Shown here: one piece after another, positions 26,373-35,824 of the stretch
How the letters are laid out: each line of letters starts with the position of its first letter
How positions within the stretch are numbered: the first letter of the stretch is position 1
DNA from: Dehalococcoidia bacterium
Lineage (GTDB): Bacteria > Chloroflexota > Dehalococcoidia > Lucifugimonadales > QGNO01
Length of the DNA stretch: 64,000 nt
Assembly: GCA_965220545.1 (NCBI GenBank)
Contig: CBDCQF010000011.1
Location: forward strand, 287,098-351,097
Direction of reading: 5' to 3'
Notes under the pieces: model-generated
What the model was told of the DNA's origin: nothing
Seen by the model: the letters and a program-made list of their open reading frames with translations, nothing else
The model's database searches: none
Made by a program: the position numbers and the translations under genes

Positions 26373-26403
26373 TCTGACGGACCCGCTTGAAGCAGCCCCT
26401 CTA

Positions 26404-26432
26404 TTGACGCTTTGCCCGTAAACGGCTAGCAT
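26404..26432 (+). promoter_or_regulatory. candidate promoter TTGACG-17-TAGCAT
   Basis: TTGACG at 26404-26409, a 17-nt spacer and TAGCAT at 26427-26432, in the 233-nt gap before the rhodanese gene. Confidence 0.3.
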
Positions 26433-26540
26433 AGTTAACCGCCATGACTGATGCGACCTTAGTCCGGACGTGCACATGTACATGTACTCACCATGTGGGG
26501 CAAAGTCGCTTGTAGTACGTGGCTGTTGAATAGGCAACAA

Positions 26541-26579
26541 AGCCCCTCGCAAACTAGGAATCGAGGGGCTTTTTATTTT
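26541..26579 (+). terminator. rho-independent terminator
   Basis: Stem AGCCCCTCG (26541-26549) / CGAGGGGCT (26562-26570), a 12-nt loop, then TTTTTATTTT. It lies about 170 nt after the upstream stop and only 27 nt before the rhodanese start. Confidence 0.65.
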
Positions 26580-26605
26580 GCAGAGAATTCAGGAGGAAAA
26601 GAACG

Positions 26606-27442
26606 ATGGCAGATTATGCAAAGCAGGATGTCCTGGTAGACACCGAATGGGTGGCCCAGCACGGCCAGGACGAGAACGTGCGGCTACTGGAGGTCGACGT
26701 GGACACCACGGCGTACGACCAGGGCCACATCGAGGGCGCAGTGGGCATCAACTGGCAGTCGCAGCTTCAGGACGGCGTCCGCCGCGACCTGACCAGCAAA
26801 GAAGACTTCGAGAAGTTATTGTCGGAGTCCGGCGTAGGCAATGACACCACCGTGGTGGTCTACGGAGACAATAACAACTGGTTCGCCGCCTGGGCGTACT
26901 GGCAGCTCAAGTACTACGGGCACAAGGACGCCCGTGTGATGAACGGAGGTCGCGCCAAGTGGCTAGCCGAGGGCAGGCCCACCACCACCGATGTCCCCAG
27001 CCCAGCCGCCGCCAGCTACACTGCGCAGGAACCGGACTGTTCCATCCGCGCTCTTCGCGACTACATCACAAGCAACCTATCCAACCTGGAACTTGTCGAT
27101 GTGAGGTCTCCCGCCGAGTACAGCGGAGAGCTTCTTGCGCCGGAGCACCTGCCGCAGGAAGGCGCGCAGCGCGGCGGCCACATCCCCGGCGCGGCCAACG
27201 TGCCCTGGGCCACCGCCGTAGCCGAGGACGGCACCTTCAAGTCCGCCGATGAGCTTAGCGAGATATACGGCGGGAAGGGCATAAGCGGCGACAAGGAGAT
27301 AGTGGCCTACTGCCGCATAGGTGAGCGGTCTTCCCACACCTGGTTTGTGTTGAGCGAACTGCTGGGCTACCCCAATGTACGCAACTACGACGGTTCCTGG
27401 ACGGAGTGGGGATCCGCAGTAGGCGTGCCGGTAGAGAGGTAG
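26606..27442 (+). CDS. sseA: thiosulfate/3-mercaptopyruvate sulfurtransferase (tandem rhodanese domains)
   Basis: 278 aa with active-site loop CRIGERSSHTW and a typical N-terminus ..LVDTEWVAQH..VRLLEVD.. Confidence 0.85.
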   Translation: MADYAKQDVLVDTEWVAQHGQDENVRLLEVDVDTTAYDQGHIEGAVGINWQSQLQDGVRRDLTSKEDFEKLLSESGVGNDTTVVVYGDNNNWFAAWAYWQLKYYGHKDARVMNGGRAKWLAEGRPTTTDVPSPAAASYTAQEPDCSIRALRDYITSNLSNLELVDVRSPAEYSGELLAPEHLPQEGAQRGGHIPGAANVPWATAVAEDGTFKSADELSEIYGGKGISGDKEIVAYCRIGERSSHTWFVLSELLGYPNVRNYDGSWTEWGSAVGVPVER

Positions 27443-27491
27443 TCCGCCGTTTGACATAGGACGTATGACTCTCTGTTAGGATGCAACCGGT

Positions 27492-29558
27492 ATGGAAAAC
27501 CGCTGGTCTGCAGAGGACGTCAACAATCTGGATGAGCTGGATCTGCTTGTCTATCAGAGCCGTCTTATCGGCGAGCAGCCGTCGCTGGTGCTCTGGGGCG
27601 GAGGAAACACCTCCCTGAAAGTGACCAGAACGGACTTCCGGGGCAGGCAGGTCAAAGCGATGCTGGTCAAGGGGTCCGGCTCCGATATGAAGTCGGCGTT
27701 GCGCAGGGACTTCCCCGCTCTTCGCATGGACGATATCCTGCCGCTCTTTGAGCTGTCCCAGATGTCCGATGACGCGATGGTGGAGTACCTGTCGCATTGC
27801 GTCATGGACCCCGGCTCGCCGCGTCCTTCCATAGAGACGCTGCTCCACGGCTTTCTGCCGCAGAGCAGCGTTGTCCACACACACGCGGACGCCATTCTCT
27901 CCCTGACCAACACGCGCAACCCGCACAAAGCGCTGGCGCAGGCCTTCGGCCCGGATGTCATAGTGGTGGAGTACCAGCGGCCGGGCTTTCTTCTCTCCAA
28001 AGAGGTTGCCGCCGCCGTGTTGAAGCAGCCTGGAGCCAGGGGCCTGGTGCTCCTCAACCACGGCCTGATCACCTGGGGCACAACGCCCCAGGCCAGCTAC
28101 CATGCCCACTTGGCGCTGATTAGCGAAGCGGAGCATTTCTTGAAGGTAAGGGCGTCTGCCAAGGTCCCGTTCGGCGGGGTCAAGACGCCCGCGCTGGATG
28201 AGGTGGAGCGCCGCCGTGTTGCCGGCACGGTGACGCCTGTACTCAGGTCATTGCTCGGCAGTTCGCCGGAGAATCGTGTGCTGGTGCGTTTCGAAGACAG
28301 CGCGGACGTGCTTGAATTCGCCGGCTCGAAAAAGGCCAAGCGGTTCGCGGAAGCGGGCGCGGCCACGCCCGACCACATGCTGAGCACGAAGAGGAATCCG
28401 TTGCTGGTGGAGGTGTCGGACCCGTCCTACGCCGGCGACGTGCGCCGCAGCTTGGAAGCGGGAGTGGAAGAGTACCGCAGGGCGTATACCGACTGGTTCA
28501 ACAGGCACAAGCAGGGGCTTGTCGAGATGCGTGACCCATCTCCCAGGGTTGTCCTAGTACCCGGCCTGGGCATGTGGGTAGCGGGCAAAGACACCAGGGC
28601 TCTGAACACCGTCTCCGACATTTACCACCACACCATCTCGATTATGGCCGGGGCCCACTCGGTCGATGAATACGTATCCCTGCCGCCCAAGGACGCCTAT
28701 GATGTCGAGTACTGGCCCTTGGAGCTATACAAGCTGAGCCTGCTGCCGCCCGAGCAGGAGATGACAAGGCGCATAGCCCTGGTGACGGGCGCAGCCAGCG
28801 GCATAGGCAAGGCCATCGCTCTTCGTCTTGCCCGGGAAGGGGCGCAGGTGTCGCTGGTGGATATGGACGCCGACGGATTGGGCGAAGCGGTACAAGAGAT
28901 CAACGCCGAACTGGGTGAATACAGGTGCATCGGAGTGCCCGCAGACGTTACGAATCAAGAGCAGGTAGCCGGTGCGTTCCAGCGCACGGTACTGGCGTTT
29001 GGAGGACTGGACGTTCTGGTCTCCAATGCCGGGATTGCTCCCACGGGTAACCTGGATGAGCTGGCCTTGTCCGACTGGCAGAGGAGTCTTGAGGTTAACG
29101 CCACGGCTCATCTGCTTGTTTCGCAGGAGGCGGTGCGGATCATGCGCTCTCAGGGCATGGGAGGCAGCCTGGTCTTTGTGGTGACCAAGAACGTTACGGC
29201 GCCCGGCGCCGGTTTTGGCGCTTACAGCGCGGCCAAGGCCGCAGAGGCGCAGCTTGCCCGGGTACTGGCCATTGAAAACGGCAGGTACGGCATAAGGAGC
29301 AACATCATAAATCCGGACTCCGTCTTCCAGGACTCCAAGCTGTGGTCGGAGGAGCTGCGTGAGCAGCGCGCCGCAGCGCACGGCGTAGCGGTCTCCGAGT
29401 TGGAGGGGTTCTACGTGCGCCGCAACATTCTCCAAGACTACATCACCCCCCGTGACGTTGCGGAAGCGGCGCTATACCTGGCCAGCGACCGTTCCGCCAA
29501 GACAACCGGTTGCATGATCACGGTGGACGGCGGCGTATCGGAAGCGTTTCCCCGCTGA
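27492..29558 (+). CDS. bifunctional class II aldolase / short-chain dehydrogenase (rhamnulose-1-phosphate aldolase/ADH-like)
   Basis: 688 aa. The N-terminal half is aldolase-like (..GGGNTS.K..HTHAD..). The C-terminal half is an SDR (TGAASGIGKA.., ..YSAAKAA..). Confidence 0.8.
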   Translation: MENRWSAEDVNNLDELDLLVYQSRLIGEQPSLVLWGGGNTSLKVTRTDFRGRQVKAMLVKGSGSDMKSALRRDFPALRMDDILPLFELSQMSDDAMVEYLSHCVMDPGSPRPSIETLLHGFLPQSSVVHTHADAILSLTNTRNPHKALAQAFGPDVIVVEYQRPGFLLSKEVAAAVLKQPGARGLVLLNHGLITWGTTPQASYHAHLALISEAEHFLKVRASAKVPFGGVKTPALDEVERRRVAGTVTPVLRSLLGSSPENRVLVRFEDSADVLEFAGSKKAKRFAEAGAATPDHMLSTKRNPLLVEVSDPSYAGDVRRSLEAGVEEYRRAYTDWFNRHKQGLVEMRDPSPRVVLVPGLGMWVAGKDTRALNTVSDIYHHTISIMAGAHSVDEYVSLPPKDAYDVEYWPLELYKLSLLPPEQEMTRRIALVTGAASGIGKAIALRLAREGAQVSLVDMDADGLGEAVQEINAELGEYRCIGVPADVTNQEQVAGAFQRTVLAFGGLDVLVSNAGIAPTGNLDELALSDWQRSLEVNATAHLLVSQEAVRIMRSQGMGGSLVFVVTKNVTAPGAGFGAYSAAKAAEAQLARVLAIENGRYGIRSNIINPDSVFQDSKLWSEELREQRAAAHGVAVSELEGFYVRRNILQDYITPRDVAEAALYLASDRSAKTTGCMITVDGGVSEAFPR

Positions 29559-29720
29559 GCGCCGCCTGCCTGCGCACTTGACATTTTCTATGACATGATT
29601 TAAGACTTGAACCAAGATTATAGTCACAACCCGTATGGGCTCGACGAATTCCACGCATCTAATTCATAGCAAGTTATACCTGAGTTGATGGCACTTTTCG
29701 TCAAAAAGGAGTAGGCAGAA

Positions 29721-30815
29721 GTGGGGAAGATAAAAGTTGCAATCATAGGCGTTGGCAACTGCGCTTCGTCTCTGGTGCAGGGGGTCTACAAGTACCGGGA
29801 GGCGTCTGAAAACGGGTTCATTCCCGGCCTCATGCACACCGTGCTTGGCGGATACCACGTTGGAGACATAGAGTTTGTCGCCGCCTTTGACATCGATAAG
29901 AACAAAGTGGGCAAGGACCTTGGCAAAGCGATATACGCTCCGCCAAACAACACCGTCACCTTCCACGACGTACCGCGTACAGGCGTAAAGGTGCTGCGCG
30001 GCATGACGCATGACGGCATAGGCAAATACATCTCAGACAAGGTCAAGAAAGCTCCCGGCGATACGGTGGACGTGGCCCAGGTGCTCAAGGATACCGGCGC
30101 CGACGTTGTTATCAACTACCTGCCGGTGGGAAGCGAAGAGGCCACCAGATGGTACGCCGACCAGGTGCTGGAGGCGGGCACCGCTTTCATCAACTGCATT
30201 CCTGTCTTCATAGCCACCGGGGGCTACTGGCAGAAGAAATTCAAGGACAAGAACATCCCCATCATAGGAGACGACATCAAGTCGCAGGTTGGAGCCACCA
30301 TCACACACCGTATGCTGACCCGTCTATTCCATGAGCGCGGCGTGAAAGTGGAGCGGACATACCAGCTCAACTTCGGCGGGAACACCGACTTTGAAAACAT
30401 GCTTGAGCGCGAGCGGCTGGTTTCCAAGAAGATATCCAAGACAAACTCGGTTACCTCTCAGCTTCCCTACGACCTCGGCGATGGCAACGTCCACATAGGC
30501 CCCAGCGATTATGTGCCGTGGCTTACGGACCGCAAGTGGGCCTATATACGGGTAGAGGGCAGGACATTTGGCGACGTGCCGCTGAACGCGGAGCTGAAGT
30601 TGGAGGTATGGGACAGCCCCAATTCGGCGGGCGTGCTCATCGACGCCATACGTTGCGCAAAGCTGGCCTTGGATAGGGGATGGGGCGGTCCCATGGTGGC
30701 GCCATCTTCGTACTTCATGAAGTCGCCGCCGATTCAATTCACAGACGACGATGCCCATGACCTGGTTGAAGCGTACATAGAAGGAGACGGCTCGGCCAAC
30801 GATCAGCTAGCGTAA
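29721..30815 (+). CDS. ino1: myo-inositol-1-phosphate (inositol-3-phosphate) synthase
   Basis: GTG start behind AAAGGAG. The product starts [25 protein letters not shown].. with ..[12 protein letters not shown].. , typical of bacterial/archaeal MIPS. Confidence 0.85.
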   Translation: MGKIKVAIIGVGNCASSLVQGVYKYREASENGFIPGLMHTVLGGYHVGDIEFVAAFDIDKNKVGKDLGKAIYAPPNNTVTFHDVPRTGVKVLRGMTHDGIGKYISDKVKKAPGDTVDVAQVLKDTGADVVINYLPVGSEEATRWYADQVLEAGTAFINCIPVFIATGGYWQKKFKDKNIPIIGDDIKSQVGATITHRMLTRLFHERGVKVERTYQLNFGGNTDFENMLERERLVSKKISKTNSVTSQLPYDLGDGNVHIGPSDYVPWLTDRKWAYIRVEGRTFGDVPLNAELKLEVWDSPNSAGVLIDAIRCAKLALDRGWGGPMVAPSSYFMKSPPIQFTDDDAHDLVEAYIEGDGSANDQLA

Positions 30816-30828
30816 AAGCCTGCTTCAC

Positions 30829-31977
30829 ATGAAAATAGGGCTGGTATCGCCATACGATTTCGCTTACCACGGGGGAGTGGTCGCCCACATCTCGCAGCTA
30901 AGCCGTCAGTTGGAACGTATGGGGCACGCGGTCAAGGTACTGGCCCCAGTCAAGTCTCCTTACACTATAGATCAGGACAACCTTATTCCCGTGGGTCGTC
31001 CTGTCCCGGTGCCCAGCGGCGGTTCCATTGCACGCATCTCCCTTTCCGTGTGGCGAGAGCGCAGAGTGAAGGCCATCTTGAACGAAGAGGCCTTTGACGT
31101 AGTTCATCTCCACGAACCCCTTGCGCCGGTGCTTCCCTTGACCGTGCTTCGTTTCTCCGATACGGCGAACGTGGGCACCTTCCATGCATTTCACGGAAGG
31201 GGCTACATGTACTGGTTCGGCAAGAGAATAATGAGGCGGTGGTTCAACAAGCTGGATGCACGGATCGCCGTTTCAGAGCCGGCCCGGCAGTTCGTGAGCG
31301 GGTCGTTTCCTGCTGACTATCGCATCGTCCCCAACGGCATAGACGTCGATTTCTTCGCTGAGGAGATCCCACCCTTCGACGCCTTCAACGACGGGAAGCT
31401 GAACATCCTCTTTGTGGGCCGTATGGAGAAACGCAAAGGTCTCAAGTACCTGCTGCAGGCGTTCAGCAGGTTGAAGTGGGAGTACCCCGACACACGCCTC
31501 ATAGTGGTGGGTCCAGGGAATCCCGGCAAGGAGAACTACCGCATAATGGCGGAGCGCAACCTGCAGGACGTGGTCTTTGTAGGCAGAGTCTCAGATGAGC
31601 AGAAACGGCGCTACTTCAAGACCGCCCACATCTTCTGCGCCCCCAATACGGGCAAGGAAAGCTTCGGCATTGTGCTGGGAGAAGCCATGGCCTCGGGGAA
31701 GCCCATTGTTGCTTCGGACATATCGGGATTCGCCAGCGTGATGACCAACGGCAAAGAAGGATTTCTGGTGCCTCCCAAAAACGATGAGGCGCTCTACGCT
31801 GGGCTGAAACAGCTTATAGAGAGCCCGGAGTTGCGCTTTGACATGGGTAAGCGCGGGCTTAAAAGAGTGCAGACCTTCCGCTGGGAGAGGGTGGCGGAAC
31901 AGGTGGTGGACATCTACCAGGACGCCCTGTCCCGCCGCGCCGGCGCGGCCTCATCCGTGGCGGCGGTGGGCCATTAG
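30829..31977 (+). CDS. pimA: GT4 glycosyltransferase, PimA-like (phosphatidylinositol mannosyltransferase-like)
   Basis: It aligns by eye along its length with my memory of mycobacterial PimA (MKIGLVSPYDF..GGV..H..L..VHLHEP..ESFGIVLGEAMA.G..VVASD). It lies between ino1 and a CDP-alcohol transferase. Confidence 0.7.
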   Translation: MKIGLVSPYDFAYHGGVVAHISQLSRQLERMGHAVKVLAPVKSPYTIDQDNLIPVGRPVPVPSGGSIARISLSVWRERRVKAILNEEAFDVVHLHEPLAPVLPLTVLRFSDTANVGTFHAFHGRGYMYWFGKRIMRRWFNKLDARIAVSEPARQFVSGSFPADYRIVPNGIDVDFFAEEIPPFDAFNDGKLNILFVGRMEKRKGLKYLLQAFSRLKWEYPDTRLIVVGPGNPGKENYRIMAERNLQDVVFVGRVSDEQKRRYFKTAHIFCAPNTGKESFGIVLGEAMASGKPIVASDISGFASVMTNGKEGFLVPPKNDEALYAGLKQLIESPELRFDMGKRGLKRVQTFRWERVAEQVVDIYQDALSRRAGAASSVAAVGH

Positions 31978-32551
31978 AGAAAAGGCCCGTGAATCGCTGA
32001 GCCGCTACCTGGAAACCCCGGCGGCTCGGCTCCTGGTTAGACTCAAGATTACTCCCAACGCCATCACCGTGGCCGGGTTGCTGATCACAGCAGTGGCGGC
32101 TTACCTGGTATCCCAGGACGAGCTTCTCATCGGCGGCTTGGTGTTTCTCTTTGCCAGCGTTATGGACATGCTGGATGGGGCGGTGGCGCGGCTCAAGGGC
32201 GTGGAAAGCGCCTTCGGGGCAGCCCTGGACTCGCTGGCGGACCGTCTTGGCGAGGCGGTCGTATTGCTTGGAGCAGCCGCCCTGTTCCTCAGCCGCGATA
32301 GCGACACCGGAGTGATGCTGGCCTTCCTGACCCTGGTTTTCTCTTTCTCAGTGAGCTATCTCCGCGCCCGCGGCGAAGGGCTGGGGGTGGCTATGAAGGA
32401 GAGCGGCCTGTTCACCAGGACGGAGCGGGTGCTGGTGCTAACCGTGGGGCTGCTCACCGGCTGGCTGGTACCGGCGTTGTCCATCATGATTGCTCTGTCC
32501 GTAGTGTCGTTGGCGCAGAGAGTGCACACGCTATGGAGGGGCACGAAGTAG
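31973..32551 (+). CDS. CDP-alcohol phosphatidyltransferase (phosphatidylinositol-phosphate synthase-like); start codon uncertain
   Basis: Contains the DMLDGAVARLKGVESAFGAALDSLADR motif (D-x2-DG-x2-AR...G-x3-D-x3-D). There is no in-frame ATG/GTG/TTG near the expected N-terminus. ATT at 31973 overlaps the pimA stop and CTG at 31997 is an alternative. The ORF-track start at 31838 overlaps pimA. Confidence 0.7.
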   Translation: MREKARESLSRYLETPAARLLVRLKITPNAITVAGLLITAVAAYLVSQDELLIGGLVFLFASVMDMLDGAVARLKGVESAFGAALDSLADRLGEAVVLLGAAALFLSRDSDTGVMLAFLTLVFSFSVSYLRARGEGLGVAMKESGLFTRTERVLVLTVGLLTGWLVPALSIMIALSVVSLAQRVHTLWRGTK

Positions 32552-32626
32552 GGCGAGCAAACGGGCAAGGACATGTAGGCAAGTGCGGTCTGCGCTCGCA
32601 CCCGTCTTTCCTGCGGAGCTTGTCCA

Positions 32627-32683
32627 GCTCACATGGTTCCCTTCGGCTGCGCTCAGGATAAACTCTAGGCTCACCATGAGCGG
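32627..32683. repeat. palindromic dispersed repeat, family A long form
   Basis: GCTCACATGGTTCCCTTCGGCTGCGCTCAGGATAAACTCTAGGCTCACCATGAGCGG is homologous to the reverse complement of 22053-22110. Confidence 0.7.
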
Positions 32684-32835
32684 GACCGGTGGAGAGACCT
32701 GACGTCCCCTTTCGTCATTGCGAAGAATGAAGCAATCTGGTGGGGTGGGGCTTCCTCATACGACGCATTCGCGGATGGCGTGGAACGGCGGGTGGCTTAT
32801 TTGCTAGACTGTCCGTGCTATTTGGAGGGTAACCT

Positions 32836-33582
32836 ATGACTACGATTCTCTCGGATAACGACACGCAGGCGCTCAAGGACAGGTTCAAGCGTGAGCTCAA
32901 GCAGGACGTTACCATCCGCCTGTTCACCCAGCGCACCTTTGGCCTGACCATCCCCGGCCGTGAGTGCGCTTACTGCGAGCAGACACAGAAGCTGTTGGAG
33001 GAGGTCATGGGGCTTTCCAAGAAGCTGCACCTTGAGATCAAGGACTTCTATTCCGAGGCTGAGGAGGCCAGGAAAGCCGGAGTGGAGAGAATACCGGCGA
33101 TGGTCATATCCAAGAACGGAGAGTCCAACGTGAGGTTCTACGGCATTCCACTGGGGTATGAGTTCGCCACGATTATCGAAGACCTGATAACCGTATCGCG
33201 CGGGGTCAGCCCGCTTTCCCTGGAGACGCGTAAGAAGCTGAAGCGCATCAAGGAGCCGGTGCACATCCAGGTGTTTGTCACTCCAAGCTGCGGGTACTGC
33301 CCCCAGATGGCGCGTATCGCGCATGCAATGGCAATGGAGAACAAGAACATCACCGCCGACGTTGTGGAGGTGCAGGAGTTCCCCACCGTCGCCAGGATGT
33401 ACATGGTAAGCGGTGTGCCCAAGACCGTGATCAACAACAAGGTGCAGTTCGTCGGCGCGGTGCCGGAGGCTACATTTGCCGACAAGGTGATGGAGGCGCT
33501 TGAGCAGCCCGACAAAGAAGAGCCGAGCAGTACGCTGGCCGTGCCTGAGGAGCTTGGGCCTGCGACCAAGCAGACCGGCTAG
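32836..33582 (+). CDS. two-domain glutaredoxin/thioredoxin-like protein disulfide oxidoreductase (PDO-like)
   Basis: 248 aa with two thioredoxin-fold halves carrying CAYC and CGYC motifs (..FVTPSCGYCPQMARIAH..). Confidence 0.7.
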   Translation: MTTILSDNDTQALKDRFKRELKQDVTIRLFTQRTFGLTIPGRECAYCEQTQKLLEEVMGLSKKLHLEIKDFYSEAEEARKAGVERIPAMVISKNGESNVRFYGIPLGYEFATIIEDLITVSRGVSPLSLETRKKLKRIKEPVHIQVFVTPSCGYCPQMARIAHAMAMENKNITADVVEVQEFPTVARMYMVSGVPKTVINNKVQFVGAVPEATFADKVMEALEQPDKEEPSSTLAVPEELGPATKQTG

Positions 33583-33588
33583 GCGAGT

Positions 33589-34308
33589 GTGGGATACGCC
33601 GTGAGTAGACGCGAATACAAGGGAGTGATCTTCGATCTCTACGGAACCCTTGTGGATTCCTTCCGTTCCGGAGACAGCCTGACAAGCATCACGGAGATGG
33701 CCGCAATCTTGGATGTACCCAGAGACGAGTTCGGGCGGTTGTGGCGTGAGACCTTCTCGGATCGAGAGACGGGAGTCTTCCGAACCATCGAGGAAAACAT
33801 CCGGCACGTGTGCCAGCGCTTGGGGATCCAGCGCGACGCCGATCAGGTGAGGGCCGCGGCAGAGTTACGGCTGGACCTCTACCGTCGTTCTCTTGTTCCC
33901 AGGCCTGGGAGCGTGGAGACGCTGGCCGCTCTGCGGTCGGCGGGGTTCCGGATAGGACTGGTGAGCAACGCGAGCGCACAGACCGATGAGCTATGGCTGG
34001 AGACACCGATGGCTCCGCTGGTTGACGCGCCTGTCTTCTCCTGCGAGGCGGGGATGTCCAAGCCCGACCCGCGCATCTACCACCTAGCGTTGGAAGGTCT
34101 TGGACTCGCGGCGGACACGTGTCTCTTCGTTGGCGACGGGGGCAGCGGCGAGTTGGAGGGCGCCAGGCGGGTGGGGCTGCACCCGGTGCTGATCAGGACA
34201 CCCGGCGATGACCTGGACGACCCTCACCGCCCCGAGGCCAAGGAGTGGCGAGGCCCTACGGTGTCCGCGATCTCAGAGGTGCTTGACCTGGTCACTGCGG
34301 GCAACTGA
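33589..34308 (+). CDS. HAD family hydrolase
   Basis: Motif I VIFDLYGTLVD, motif II ..GLVSNAS.. and motif IV ..FVGDGGSGEL.. Confidence 0.75.
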   Translation: MGYAVSRREYKGVIFDLYGTLVDSFRSGDSLTSITEMAAILDVPRDEFGRLWRETFSDRETGVFRTIEENIRHVCQRLGIQRDADQVRAAAELRLDLYRRSLVPRPGSVETLAALRSAGFRIGLVSNASAQTDELWLETPMAPLVDAPVFSCEAGMSKPDPRIYHLALEGLGLAADTCLFVGDGGSGELEGARRVGLHPVLIRTPGDDLDDPHRPEAKEWRGPTVSAISEVLDLVTAGN

Positions 34309-34319
34309 CCGGCGGGCTG

Positions 34320-35021
34320 CTAAAGGTACTCCGTGACCTCGGCGAGGCCGGTTATACGCGGACAGCCCTTGTAGCCGGTCATCGTGCCGTCGCGGTCTAT
34401 GAGCAGGGGCTGTATGCCGACGTTGCGTGCGCCCGCCACGTCCGATATCGGTGAGTCGCCCACGTGAATTGCCTCTTCCGGCTTGGCGCTTGCCCTTGCC
34501 AGCGCCAAGCGGAAGATGGGCGGGTGCGGCTTCTCCACGCCCGCGTCGTGGGACGTGACCACGAAGTCCAGGTGTCCGGTCAGACCCAGTTGCGCCGTTA
34601 GATTGGGTGCGTTTGAACCTATATTGCTGATCATCCCTACCGTCAACCCCCTGGCACGGAGCAGGTCAAGGGTGGGCAGCACATCGTTGAACAGGGCAAA
34701 GTCGTGGGGGAACGCCTGCACCTTGGCCCAGACCTTTGCCGCCGTTTCAAGGTCCGTATCTATGCCTGCGCCTTTCAATATGAGCTGTTCGTACCTGGCA
34801 AAGAAATCCAGCCGCTCCTGGGGTGACATTCCTCTAAGGGGAGAATCGGTGGAGTTCACCTCTGACATCAGCCTATCGGCTTCAAGATAGCCCCGGATGA
34901 TCCCTTCATGGCTGGCCTGAAAGCCCATGCTCGCCATGGCCTGAGCCTGCACCTCTTCTTTGGGTGGGTGAAATCCGGCAAGTGTGCCGTAAAAATCGAA
35001 GAAGACCGCTTTTATCGCCAT
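34320..35021 (-). CDS. HAD family hydrolase
   Basis: AVFFDFYGTLAG.., ..GMISNIG.. and ..IHVGDSPISDVAGARNVG.. Confidence 0.75.
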   Translation of the reverse strand: MAIKAVFFDFYGTLAGFHPPKEEVQAQAMASMGFQASHEGIIRGYLEADRLMSEVNSTDSPLRGMSPQERLDFFARYEQLILKGAGIDTDLETAAKVWAKVQAFPHDFALFNDVLPTLDLLRARGLTVGMISNIGSNAPNLTAQLGLTGHLDFVVTSHDAGVEKPHPPIFRLALARASAKPEEAIHVGDSPISDVAGARNVGIQPLLIDRDGTMTGYKGCPRITGLAEVTEYL

Positions 35022-35047
35022 TGCGCCTACCTGAGGCTCATTCTAAC

Positions 35048-35800
35048 ATGGCTGCAGTCATGGCTTTGCAACAAGAAAGTCGAGTCATCAGTATTCTGAG
35101 GCGCGCTGCAGTCAGTGTCGTCGCTACGTCCGTTGATCTCCTGTTCCCCAAGAGGTGCGTGGGATGCGACGTTGAAGGCGCGTTCTTGTGCGGCGAGTGC
35201 CGCGACGACTTGCCGACGCTGGAACCTCCTTACTGCTTCATCTGTTCCCAGCCGGGCGATCTGATGGTGCGCCTCTGCGCTAGATGTTGGGAGAGGCCTC
35301 TTCAGATAGACAGCATCCGTTCGCCGTACCGCTTTGAGGGCGCGATTCGCAATGCGGTGCACTCGCTGAAGTACAGAAACCTGCGGGCGATGGCTCCCGT
35401 GCTGGCCGGTCTCCTTGCGGAGTTTGTCGTGTCGCAGCGCATAGAGGCCGATCTCCTGGTCCCGGCGCCGTTGCATCCCAAGAGGGAGCGGAGCAGGGGA
35501 TACAACCAGTCGCTGCTTCTGTCCAGGGAAACCGGCGCGCTGTTGAACATGGAGACAAGTAACGACGCCTTGCGCCGCGTGCAGAACACCCCTTCCCAGG
35601 CGTCCGTATCCAGCGAGGAGGAGCGCCAGACCAACGTAACGAACGCGTTCCAGGCGTCGCCGGACCTGGTGGTCGGAAAGCGGGTCATAATACTGGACGA
35701 CGTATGCACCACGGGCGCTACTCTGGAGGCGTGTTCGCTGGCGCTGAAAGCGGCGGGAGCGGCCTATGTACAAGGCCTGACCCTGGCGAGGGAGGTGTAA
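35048..35800 (+). CDS. comF: ComF family protein (phosphoribosyltransferase domain with N-terminal Cys4 finger)
   Basis: ATG at 35048. The product has ..LLFPKRCVGCDVEGAFLCGECRDDL.. and a C-terminal PRTase motif RVIILDDVCTTGATL. Confidence 0.75.
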   Translation: MAAVMALQQESRVISILRRAAVSVVATSVDLLFPKRCVGCDVEGAFLCGECRDDLPTLEPPYCFICSQPGDLMVRLCARCWERPLQIDSIRSPYRFEGAIRNAVHSLKYRNLRAMAPVLAGLLAEFVVSQRIEADLLVPAPLHPKRERSRGYNQSLLLSRETGALLNMETSNDALRRVQNTPSQASVSSEEERQTNVTNAFQASPDLVVGKRVIILDDVCTTGATLEACSLALKAAGAAYVQGLTLAREV

Positions 35801-35824
35801 AATCGGACAGTGTCGGTGACCCTG

